Position numbers and translations under genes: made by a program
In this document: positions 16,900 through 24,187 of the stretch, piece after piece
How positions within the stretch are numbered: the first letter of the stretch is position 1
Layout: each line of letters begins with the position of its first letter
Virus record (IMG/VR): IMGVR_UViG_3300025114_000046
Coordinates: 1-24,187 of that record
Reading direction: 5' to 3' (one strand)
From: a virus
Taxonomy: Duplodnaviria; Caudoviricetes
DNA: 24,187 bases
The notes under the pieces: model-generated
Databases searched by the model: none
What the model saw: the letters and a program-made list of their open reading frames with translations, nothing else
Told to the model about the DNA's origin: nothing

Positions 16900-17946
16900 A
16901 TGGATGATCTTTTAAAAGAAGCCATTGCGGATGCAAAAGCAGTTCGTGAAACCGCTCTTGAAAACGCTAAAATCGCTTTAGAAGAAGCTTTTACACCTCG
17001 CTTACAATCAATGCTTTCTAAAAAAATTCAGTCTGAAATTGATGATGATGTGAATGAAGAAGAAGGTGATGAAGAAGAAGAAGAGGAAGAAGAGATGGAA
17101 GAAGAATCCGTTGAGGATTCTGAAGTAGATTCTGTATCAGAACAAGATGATGATGAAGAAGAAGCTGAAGAAGATGAAATGGAAGAAGAATCCGTTGAAG
17201 ATTCTGTAGAAGATCCAATGTCGGAACAAGATGATGAAGAAGAAGCTGAAGAAGAAGAGGAAGAAGATGAGATGGAAGAGTCTGATGACCTTGATTTAGA
17301 AGCTATTCTGAAAGAATTGGAACTTGAGGAAGATGATGAAGAAGGTGAAGAACCTGAAGTCGAACCTGAAGATGAACCCGATGTTGAAGAATCTACTGGT
17401 GAAGTAACTGAAGAAGAAGGCGAAGAAGCTGAAGAAGAAGAGGAAGAAGAGATGGAAGAAAAAGTTGAAGAATCTGATGAAGACGTTAACGAGGAAGAAG
17501 ATATTGACCTCGAAGAAGTCATCAAAGCACTTTCTGAAGAGGAAGTTGAAGAAGAAGAAGCAACTAAAAGTTCCAAACTTCAATCCGATCTTGATGAGCA
17601 TCGCAATGTAATTAAATACTTACGTTCTAAACTTAACGAAGTTAATTTGCTTAATGCAAAATTACTTTTCACAAACAAACTTTTCCGTTCTTATGGTTTA
17701 TCCAATGAACAGAAAATGAAAGTTGTGGAAACTTTTGATAGAGCACATAATCTACGTGAAGTTAAGTTGGTTTACTCCACACTTGCCGAATCTTTCGGTG
17801 AAATTAGAACAGGTAAAAAAGAGATTAAAGAAATAAAAGGTTCAGCCTCTAAAGTTGTTGCCTCAACAAAGTCTCCCAAACAGGAAGTAATTTCTGAGGG
17901 ACATGAGATGAGAGAACGATTTAAGAAGTTGGCTGGTATTCTTTAA
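16900..17946 (+). CDS. Prohead scaffolding/core protein (gp22-like position)
   Basis: Directly upstream of the major capsid gene; long Glu/Asp-rich tract between helical N- and C-terminal parts; strong SD. Confidence 0.75.
   Translation: MDDLLKEAIADAKAVRETALENAKIALEEAFTPRLQSMLSKKIQSEIDDDVNEEEGDEEEEEEEEMEEESVEDSEVDSVSEQDDDEEEAEEDEMEEESVEDSVEDPMSEQDDEEEAEEEEEEDEMEESDDLDLEAILKELELEEDDEEGEEPEVEPEDEPDVEESTGEVTEEEGEEAEEEEEEEMEEKVEESDEDVNEEEDIDLEEVIKALSEEEVEEEEATKSSKLQSDLDEHRNVIKYLRSKLNEVNLLNAKLLFTNKLFRSYGLSNEQKMKVVETFDRAHNLREVKLVYSTLAESFGEIRTGKKEIKEIKGSASKVVASTKSPKQEVISEGHEMRERFKKLAGIL
17095..17271 (+). repeat. Imperfect tandem repeat of about 84-93 bp in the scaffold acidic tract (MEEESVEDS...SEQDD.EEEAEE..DE x2)
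   Basis: Units start at ATG 17095 and ATG 17179; a third partial unit starts at 17272. Confidence 0.75.
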
Positions 17947-17963
17947 TATATTGGAGAAAAATA

Positions 17964-19604
17964 ATGAGTAAAAATCTTTCTACAGTCGAAAAGTTGATGG
18001 ATGGTTTTAATCCATATCGTCAACGCATGGAAGAAACTCGCGGATTGGTCAAAAAGTGGGAGCCGACCGGTTTGTTGGAAGGTATAGATGAAGAACAGAG
18101 AGTTCAGGCTATGGCATGTCTTTTAGAGAACCAAGCTCGTCAATTAATTGATGAAGCAAGTTCTACTGGGACTTCTGCTAATTCTGAAGAATGGTCTGGT
18201 GTTGCACTTCCCTTAGTTCGTAAGATCTTTGGTGAACTAGCAGCTCAGGAATTCGTTTCTGTTCAGCCTATGAACCTTCCTTCTGGTCTGGTTTTCTATC
18301 TGGATTTCAAATATGGTACAGCACAACCTGGATTCACATCCGGTGATCAGGTTTTTGGTGTAACATCTGGTTCAGGTGATCCTACTGATGGTCTTTATGG
18401 TGCAGGTCAATTTGGGTATTCGGTTAACGAATCTACAACTGACAGATTTAATACATCTGGTGGTTTAACAGGTTCAGTAACTTGGGCTATGATTGACTTC
18501 GAACCATCTCTGTCATCTTCGATGGCAGCTGGTAACTTAAAGTACTTTGATGCTGCGTTATCAAGTTTTACAACACCTGATAAAGAAGGTGTGAGAGCAT
18601 TTGTTCCTACGGGTTCTGCTGCTTTAACAGCTTATTATCCGGCGTATACTAAAATCTTGAACAGTTCAAGTACAGAAGTTGCCCCTTCAGATGGTGCAGC
18701 TACTAAGATTAGATTCATCATAGATGAAGGTAGTGCATGTGAACAAATTAGTGTTCAGTATCATAAACAACCTGCTGACACAACTCGTGGTGATTTTGAA
18801 GCATCCAGTGGATTGACTTCAAATCCTGAGACAGATGTAGGTATCCCCGAGATTGATATTGCTATGCGGTCTGTCGCTATTGTTGCGAAGACTCGTAAAT
18901 TGAAAGCAGTATGGACTCCTGAACTTGCGCAAGACCTTAACGCTTATCATAGTGTTGATGCTGAAGCAGAACTTACTTCACTTTTGAGTGAATATGTATC
19001 AATGGAAATCGATCTTGAAATCCTTGATATGCTTCGTGCAAATGCTATTGCTAAGACTGAACGTTGGTCTGCAAGAGTTGGATATGAATATGATTCAGCA
19101 ACTTCGTTGTTCACACAATCAAGTGGCGAATCTAATGCATATACAAAAGGAACTTGGTTCCAGACATTAGGTAACAAGATTCAGAGTGTTTCTAACGCAA
19201 TACACCAGAAGACACTACGTGGTGGTGCTAACTGGGTAGTTGTTTCACCTGAAGTTGCTACAGTTCTTGAATCTATTCCTGGATATGCAACATCTACAGA
19301 TGGTGACTCAACAGCGAAGACGTATGCAATGGGTGTACAGAAAGCGGGTATGTTAAATAACCGTTGGACTGTATACAAGAACCCATATCAGTTTGAAAAC
19401 GTGGTTCTTGTCGGGTTTCGTGGAAGTAATTTCCTTGAGACCGGTGCAGTGTACGCACCATACGTACCTCTTATCATGACACCTTTGGTGTATGATCCTA
19501 AGAACTTCACACCTCGTAAGGGTGTGATGACCAGATACGCGAAGAAAATCGTGCGTCCGGAATTCTATGGTAAAGTTATCGTTGCTGATGTAAACTATGT
19601 CTAA
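17964..19604 (+). CDS. gp23: Major capsid protein (T4 gp23-like)
   Basis: LLENQ, VSVQPMNLPSGLVF, AKTRKLKAVWTPELAQDLNAYHSVDAEAELTSLLSEY..EID.EI, YAPYVPL, PRKGVMTRYA; GGAGA SD. Confidence 0.95.
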   Translation: MSKNLSTVEKLMDGFNPYRQRMEETRGLVKKWEPTGLLEGIDEEQRVQAMACLLENQARQLIDEASSTGTSANSEEWSGVALPLVRKIFGELAAQEFVSVQPMNLPSGLVFYLDFKYGTAQPGFTSGDQVFGVTSGSGDPTDGLYGAGQFGYSVNESTTDRFNTSGGLTGSVTWAMIDFEPSLSSSMAAGNLKYFDAALSSFTTPDKEGVRAFVPTGSAALTAYYPAYTKILNSSSTEVAPSDGAATKIRFIIDEGSACEQISVQYHKQPADTTRGDFEASSGLTSNPETDVGIPEIDIAMRSVAIVAKTRKLKAVWTPELAQDLNAYHSVDAEAELTSLLSEYVSMEIDLEILDMLRANAIAKTERWSARVGYEYDSATSLFTQSSGESNAYTKGTWFQTLGNKIQSVSNAIHQKTLRGGANWVVVSPEVATVLESIPGYATSTDGDSTAKTYAMGVQKAGMLNNRWTVYKNPYQFENVVLVGFRGSNFLETGAVYAPYVPLIMTPLVYDPKNFTPRKGVMTRYAKKIVRPEFYGKVIVADVNYV

Positions 19605-19633
19605 TAGTTAATTCGGTTTAGGATTACGAAATT

Positions 19634-19666
19634 AAGGGGAACTATTTTATTAGTTCCCCTTTTTTT
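19634..19666 (+). terminator. Intrinsic terminator after the major capsid gene
   Basis: AAGGGGAACTA-TTTTAT-TAGTTCCCCTT perfect stem followed by a T run. Confidence 0.9.
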
Positions 19667-19686
19667 ATTTAATATTGTTACTTCTT

Positions 19687-19694
19687 ATATTTAT
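19687..19694 (+). promoter_or_regulatory. Putative late promoter motif ATATTTAT
   Basis: Lies just downstream of the terminator and upstream of the neck genes, where re-initiation is needed. Confidence 0.7.
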
Positions 19695-19725
19695 TAATGA
19701 ATAAATGTATTTAATTTAGGAGAAA

Positions 19726-20895
19726 ATGATGGCAGAACTTATTTGGGCAGGCAGTAGTTCCTTTTCGTCAGGCGATACTCCGTATGGATTTTACGATTCA
19801 GATACAGAGTTTTCTGGCTCAAGTACCAATTCTGTAGATAGATTTGCTGATTGGGCAGCTCGCAGATTGGGTTTTCCAATTATGTCTGTTGAGTTACAAT
19901 CTGGTTCATTTTATGCGTGTTATGAGGAAGCTGTAACAGAATATTCAGCTCAAGTGAATCAATTTAATATTAAAGACAATTTACTAACATTACAAGGACG
20001 GCCTACAGGCTCATCTAATAATTTGACTCATAAAAGAATTACACCAACTATGGGTAGAACAGTATTTTTGTCTAAACAATATGGTACAGAAGCCGGTGTA
20101 GGTGGTGAAGTAGATTGGAAAAAAGGTTCTATATCAGTAACGAGTGGTACTCAAGAATACGATTTAAATACTCTTTTTGCTGATGTTAGTGCGAGTGGTG
20201 CTATAGAAGTAAGAAGAGTTTATTATGAAGCTACTCCCGCAATGCAAAGATTTTTTGATCCATATGCTACTACTGGTTATGGTACAATAAATTTAGTTGA
20301 AGGATTTGGATTTGGAAATTACTCACCTGCAGTATCATTTACTTTAATGCCTATATTTGAAGATTTACTTAGAGTACAAGCAATTGAAATGAATGATTCT
20401 ATTAGAAAATCAGCATATACATTTACATTAATTAATAATAAATTAAGAGTTTTTCCAGACCCTGATGAGGATAGAACTTTATATTTTGATTATGTAGAAG
20501 TTTCGGATAGAGATGATCCATTATTTACAGAATATAGTGGTTCTGCTAATGTTATTTCTGATTATTCAAATGTTCCATATAATAATATGGAATATAAATA
20601 TATTAATGATGTTGGTAAACAATGGATACGGAAGTATGGGTTAGCACTAAGTAAAGAATTACTTGGTATAATTCGTAGTAAATATGGCACTATACCTATA
20701 CCAAACGCAGACACAACTTTAGATGGTGAAACTTTAAGGAGTGAGGCTCAAGCTGAGAAGGAAGGTTTAATAACTGAACTTAGAGAAATGTTAGAAGGAA
20801 CAAGTAGAAAGGCATTATTAGAAGCGGATAAAGACGAAGCTGAGTTTTTACAGGAAAAATTACAGAAAATTCCGTATCCAATTTATGTAGGATAG
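19726..20895 (+). CDS. Neck/head-tail adaptor protein (T4 gp13-like)
   Basis: RRLGFPIMSVEL near the N-terminus and WIRKYGLALSKELLG..RSKY..IPIP...TLDG..L..EA..EK..L near the C-terminus; the start could be the second ATG at 19729. Confidence 0.7.
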   Translation: MMAELIWAGSSSFSSGDTPYGFYDSDTEFSGSSTNSVDRFADWAARRLGFPIMSVELQSGSFYACYEEAVTEYSAQVNQFNIKDNLLTLQGRPTGSSNNLTHKRITPTMGRTVFLSKQYGTEAGVGGEVDWKKGSISVTSGTQEYDLNTLFADVSASGAIEVRRVYYEATPAMQRFFDPYATTGYGTINLVEGFGFGNYSPAVSFTLMPIFEDLLRVQAIEMNDSIRKSAYTFTLINNKLRVFPDPDEDRTLYFDYVEVSDRDDPLFTEYSGSANVISDYSNVPYNNMEYKYINDVGKQWIRKYGLALSKELLGIIRSKYGTIPIPNADTTLDGETLRSEAQAEKEGLITELREMLEGTSRKALLEADKDEAEFLQEKLQKIPYPIYVG

Positions 20896-20899
20896 AAAA

Positions 20900-21391
20900 A
20901 TGGCTAATAGTTCGCGATTTTTCACACAAAAAGATATAGATACTTTTGATAAGTTTAATAAAGAACTTATTGGAGATTTATTTGCCGGAAAAGACGGCGT
21001 TATTAGTCAAAAAGTTACACTATACAAGGTTTCGGTTTATGATACTGAAGTTAATATGTATGGTGAAAGTTCTGAAGGTAAGGTATATAAACCAGGTATT
21101 CAAGCAACGTGTTTAATAACCGCCGACGATCAAGTTACAGAAACAAATGAATTTGGCCCTGATGTGACGCAAACTGTTGTGTTTGCATTTATTAGACAAT
21201 CGTTAGTAGATGTTAGTTATGTTATTGAGGTGGGTGATATAATTGATTGGAATACTGGTTATTGGGAAGTATCATCAATTAATGAAAATCAATTTATAGG
21301 CGGACAAACAGATTTTAAACATTCCATAATTTGTACAGCGTTCTTATCAAGAATGGCTAATTTAAATATCGAAAGAGTTAGAAGTGTATAA
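20900..21391 (+). CDS. Head closure/neck protein (gp14-like)
   Basis: Position between gp13-like and gp15-like genes; NMYGE and EVGDII.W....WEV motifs. Confidence 0.55.
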   Translation: MANSSRFFTQKDIDTFDKFNKELIGDLFAGKDGVISQKVTLYKVSVYDTEVNMYGESSEGKVYKPGIQATCLITADDQVTETNEFGPDVTQTVVFAFIRQSLVDVSYVIEVGDIIDWNTGYWEVSSINENQFIGGQTDFKHSIICTAFLSRMANLNIERVRSV

Positions 21392-23082
21392 TGGCAAGAA
21401 ATAAACCACTACCAAGAAAACAAAGAGTTATCAATCGAGGTTTTTTATATTCAAGACAAGCTGAAAAAGATAAAACACCAAATATTTCAGTAGGATTGAT
21501 GGATATAGATTCGGCTATTATATTTTATTTTGAAAATGTTATAAAACCGTCAGTAGAAGATAATGGTGAAAATGTAAAAGTTCCTATAATGTATTCTTCT
21601 CCAGAAAGATGGAAAGCTATTTTACGTGATGGTTTTATGCGGGATAAAAAAAGACAATTAATTATTCCTGTTATTACATTTAAAAGAATAACACTTGAGA
21701 GAGATGATACAGTTCCACAAGATAAATTAGATGCTAATAATCCTCATCTTTTTTATACGTTTGAAAAGAAATTTTCAAATATAAATAGATATGATAATTT
21801 TACTCAACAAATAGGATTAATACCACAAAAAGAATATTATAATGTAACTTTTCCTGATTATGTAACAATAACTTATGATTTTATTGTTTGGACAACATAT
21901 ATTGAACAAATGAATAAAATTGTTGAACGAATAAATTATTCAGCTGGAGCGTATTGGGGTGATCCAGATAAAATGAGATTTAGAACTCAAATAGATAGTT
22001 TTTCTGATGCTACGGAAATGAGTGATATTGAAAGATTTGTTAAAACTAATTTTACTGTAACATTACGGGGTTATTTATTACCTGAAGCTAATTTTGATCA
22101 TCGTTCAACAACTCAAAAATATTTAACACCTAAAAAAGTTATTTTTGGAACTGAAACTGATGTTGCTATTTCTAAACCAGTAGGAACTGCTGGTCAATTT
22201 TTAGATGAAGAATCAACTGAAGTTAAAAGTCTTGGACGAGCGGCTGAACAAAGTTCATTAGCTGTAGCTCTTGATAATCCATTAATTATAACTCAAGGGA
22301 CTGGAGTAACTGTTTCAAATACTGGTGCAGAATTTGATGGAAGTAGTAGATTAACTCAACAAATTTCAATTGGTCAACCGGTTACGACAACATCAGATGT
22401 AATATTTAATCAAATATCAGGTAGTTCTTTACTCATTGGTGGGGTATTATATAATAGTACTGGTATAAGTAGTAGTATTTATGTAACTGGTTCAGTTACT
22501 ACTACGGGTGATTTGACAGTTGGTGGTAATGCTACCATAGCTGGAATATTAACAGCAGAAGAATTTCATACAGAATTTGTAAGTTCTTCAATTGTATATT
22601 CAAGTGGTTCAACAAAATTTGGAGATGATACAGGAGATAGTCATACTTTTACAGGTTCATTAGGAATAACAGGGTCTTTGAGTTTGAATGATAGTTCTGC
22701 TATGGTAGAGTTTTCAAATGATACAAGTTTGGGAGATTCAAGTGCAACAGCAATTGTTACGGAAAATGCAGCAAAAACATATATTGATGATCAAACTTCA
22801 AGTCAAAATACATATTTTAGAAAAACATTTGTAAAAACATCAGCATCAATAACAACAGCAACTGCAAGTTTCACCGCGGTTACCGCGTCCGCTCCAAGTG
22901 GATTAACTTCTACAGGTGAAAATGATTTTGTCTTTTTTGTTAATGGTCAATATATGGAACATGATGCTATAGCAATAGAACAGTCTGGTTCTACATTATT
23001 ATTGAAAGTAGATAATAGTAGTATAGGATATGATTTAGAATCAGATGATGAAATATTGGCGTGGGGAAAATTTAATTCATAA
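21391..23082 (+). CDS. Tail completion/sheath stabiliser (gp15-like) N-terminal domain fused to a Ser/Gly/Thr-rich beta domain
   Basis: KVPIMYSSPERW, PDYVTITYDF and EQMNKIVERI in the N-terminal part; the C-terminal ~268 aa is paralogous to the next gene. Confidence 0.6.
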   Translation: MARNKPLPRKQRVINRGFLYSRQAEKDKTPNISVGLMDIDSAIIFYFENVIKPSVEDNGENVKVPIMYSSPERWKAILRDGFMRDKKRQLIIPVITFKRITLERDDTVPQDKLDANNPHLFYTFEKKFSNINRYDNFTQQIGLIPQKEYYNVTFPDYVTITYDFIVWTTYIEQMNKIVERINYSAGAYWGDPDKMRFRTQIDSFSDATEMSDIERFVKTNFTVTLRGYLLPEANFDHRSTTQKYLTPKKVIFGTETDVAISKPVGTAGQFLDEESTEVKSLGRAAEQSSLAVALDNPLIITQGTGVTVSNTGAEFDGSSRLTQQISIGQPVTTTSDVIFNQISGSSLLIGGVLYNSTGISSSIYVTGSVTTTGDLTVGGNATIAGILTAEEFHTEFVSSSIVYSSGSTKFGDDTGDSHTFTGSLGITGSLSLNDSSAMVEFSNDTSLGDSSATAIVTENAAKTYIDDQTSSQNTYFRKTFVKTSASITTATASFTAVTASAPSGLTSTGENDFVFFVNGQYMEHDAIAIEQSGSTLLLKVDNSSIGYDLESDDEILAWGKFNS

Positions 23083-23091
23083 AGGATTACT

Positions 23092-23934
23092 GTGGCAGCA
23101 ATAATTACAAAAAATCCAATTATATTTACTGCTGGAACTGGTGTAAATATTGATAATGATGGAACAGAGTATACTGGAGAAAATAGATTAACGGTTACAA
23201 TAGCTATTCCACAAGCAGTTTCTACGAGTTCAAATGTAGAATTTGGTGGAATAACTCTTACTAGACCATTTATAATAGGTAATGAAACGAAGAGAATTAA
23301 ATTAGACAGTTATGGTATAAGTGGTTCGTTTTCATTAACAGGTAGTTTAGAAACTCCAAGTGATTTAAATGTATCAGGTAGTACAACAATATTAGGTAAA
23401 GTTGTAGCAGAAGCTTTTATTCTTGAAAGAAGTTCTTCTCAAACTATACAAAAATCTGGTTCTACATTATTTGGTGATGTTTTAAATGATAGACATGATA
23501 TGTCAGGAAGTTTAACAGTATCTGGTTCATCAATAAGTTTAAATAGTTATTCAATAACAGAAATTTCAAATGACACAAGTTTAAGTGATTCTAATGCAAG
23601 TACAGTAGCAACAGAAAACGCTATAAAATCATATACAGATACTAATGCAAATACAGTTCATACATATTTTAGAAAAAACTATGTTCATACTGGTAGTTTT
23701 GTTAATGCTAGCACATCAAGTTTCACAGTTGTTACAGCATCATCACCGACTGGAATAACAGATACAAGTGAAAATGATTTTTTCTTTTTTAATAATAGTC
23801 AATTAATGGAATATGATGCATTAGAAATTGAACAAAGTGGGTCTAAACTTTTATTAAAAGTTAATAACAGTAGTATTGGTTATGATTTAGAGGCAGGAGA
23901 TGAAGTTGTAGCGTGGGGAAAATTTAATTCATAA
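23092..23934 (+). CDS. Ser/Gly/Thr-rich structural protein (fibre/whisker-like), paralog of the C-terminal half of the upstream gene
   Basis: GTG start; collinear similarity from NP(L/I)I..GTGV to IGYDLE..DE..AWGKFNS. Confidence 0.6.
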   Translation: MAAIITKNPIIFTAGTGVNIDNDGTEYTGENRLTVTIAIPQAVSTSSNVEFGGITLTRPFIIGNETKRIKLDSYGISGSFSLTGSLETPSDLNVSGSTTILGKVVAEAFILERSSSQTIQKSGSTLFGDVLNDRHDMSGSLTVSGSSISLNSYSITEISNDTSLSDSNASTVATENAIKSYTDTNANTVHTYFRKNYVHTGSFVNASTSSFTVVTASSPTGITDTSENDFFFFNNSQLMEYDALEIEQSGSKLLLKVNNSSIGYDLEAGDEVVAWGKFNS

Positions 23935-23959
23935 ATTTTACTAAGCCCACTTTTCTTTT
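23913..23959 (+). terminator. Possible intrinsic terminator overlapping the stop codon
   Basis: GTGGG(23913-17)/CCCAC(23946-50) outer stem, AAAATTTA(23919-26)/TAAATTTT(23932-39) inner stem, then TTTTCTTTT. Confidence 0.4.
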
Positions 23960-23971
23960 ACTGTTACCTTA

Positions 23972-23979
23972 ATATTTAT
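23972..23979 (+). promoter_or_regulatory. Putative late promoter motif ATATTTAT
   Basis: AATATTTATTAGTATG: the ATG follows only 4 nt after the motif, implying a leaderless or near-leaderless mRNA. Confidence 0.6.
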
Positions 23980-23983
23980 TAGT

Positions 23984-24130
23984 ATGAGAATATACAAAGC
24001 AACAAACAATGAAAACGGAAAAGTCTATATAGGACAAACTATCCGAAAAATGCACAATGTATTAAGTGAAAGTGCAAAAAGGGGGTGGGAAACAAGAAGA
24101 AGAAATGCGCAAAAGGCACTGGAAGAATAG
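23984..24130 (+). pseudogene. Truncated GIY-YIG homing endonuclease remnant (48 aa)
   Basis: Manual translation MRIYKATNNENGKVYIGQTIRKMHNVLSESAKRGWETRRRNAQKALEE*; has the IY...NGKVYIGQT signature but stops before the rest of the catalytic domain. Confidence 0.7.
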
Positions 24131-24187
24131 AAAGAATCGTAAATGTCCTACTTGTAGTAGGATAATTTATTATTCGAGAAAAGATGC
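24105..24187 (+). CDS. 3'-truncated hypothetical protein with CxxC motif
   Basis: Manual translation MRKRHWKNRKNRKCPTCSRIIYYSRKD..., open to the window end; overlaps the GIY-YIG remnant by 26 nt. Confidence 0.5.
   Translation, partial: MRKRHWKNRKNRKCPTCSRIIYYSRKD

Noticed and set aside
17018-17601. Minus-strand ORFs, including a 182-aa poly-Ser ORF
   Set aside because: Antisense shadows of the GAA/GAT-rich acidic tract of the scaffold gene
1678-19378. Other short minus-strand ORFs and the nested plus-strand ORF 18988..19170
   Set aside because: All lie within or almost entirely within well-supported plus-strand genes and show no recognisable motifs
22276-23935. Diversity-generating retroelement template/variable repeat pair
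   Set aside because: Both copies are coding and diverged at all base types, and no reverse transcriptase is present in the window

Overview
AT-rich, gene-dense, entirely plus-strand virion morphogenesis region of a large tailed phage distantly related to T4-like myoviruses. It reads in the standard bacterial code. Gene order: 5'-truncated multidomain protein ending in a KxDG ligase-like domain; Zn-finger protein; small membrane/possible spanin genes; terminase large subunit; portal; a block of Lys-rich small or modular proteins around a gp21-like prohead protease; phage-encoded ribosomal protein bS21; a structured leader; acidic scaffold; gp23-like major capsid protein; intrinsic terminator; gp13/gp14/gp15-like neck and tail-completion genes; a duplicated Ser/Gly/Thr-rich structural domain; and a GIY-YIG remnant. 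An ATATTTAT motif (probable late promoter) sits in all six intergenic gaps longer than about 25 nt. The most striking unexplained structure is an apparent capsid-cargo system. Many genes between portal and scaffold share an N-terminal MIKLKDI(L/I)xE-type leader. An 802-aa ORF is built of about 13 unrelated basic modules separated by E-S-V-x-E linkers with conserved DNA (GAATC(C/T)GTAnnTGAA). This suggests a protease-processed, recombination-shuffled polyprotein of injected internal head proteins. All functional calls come from motif recognition only; no searches were run.
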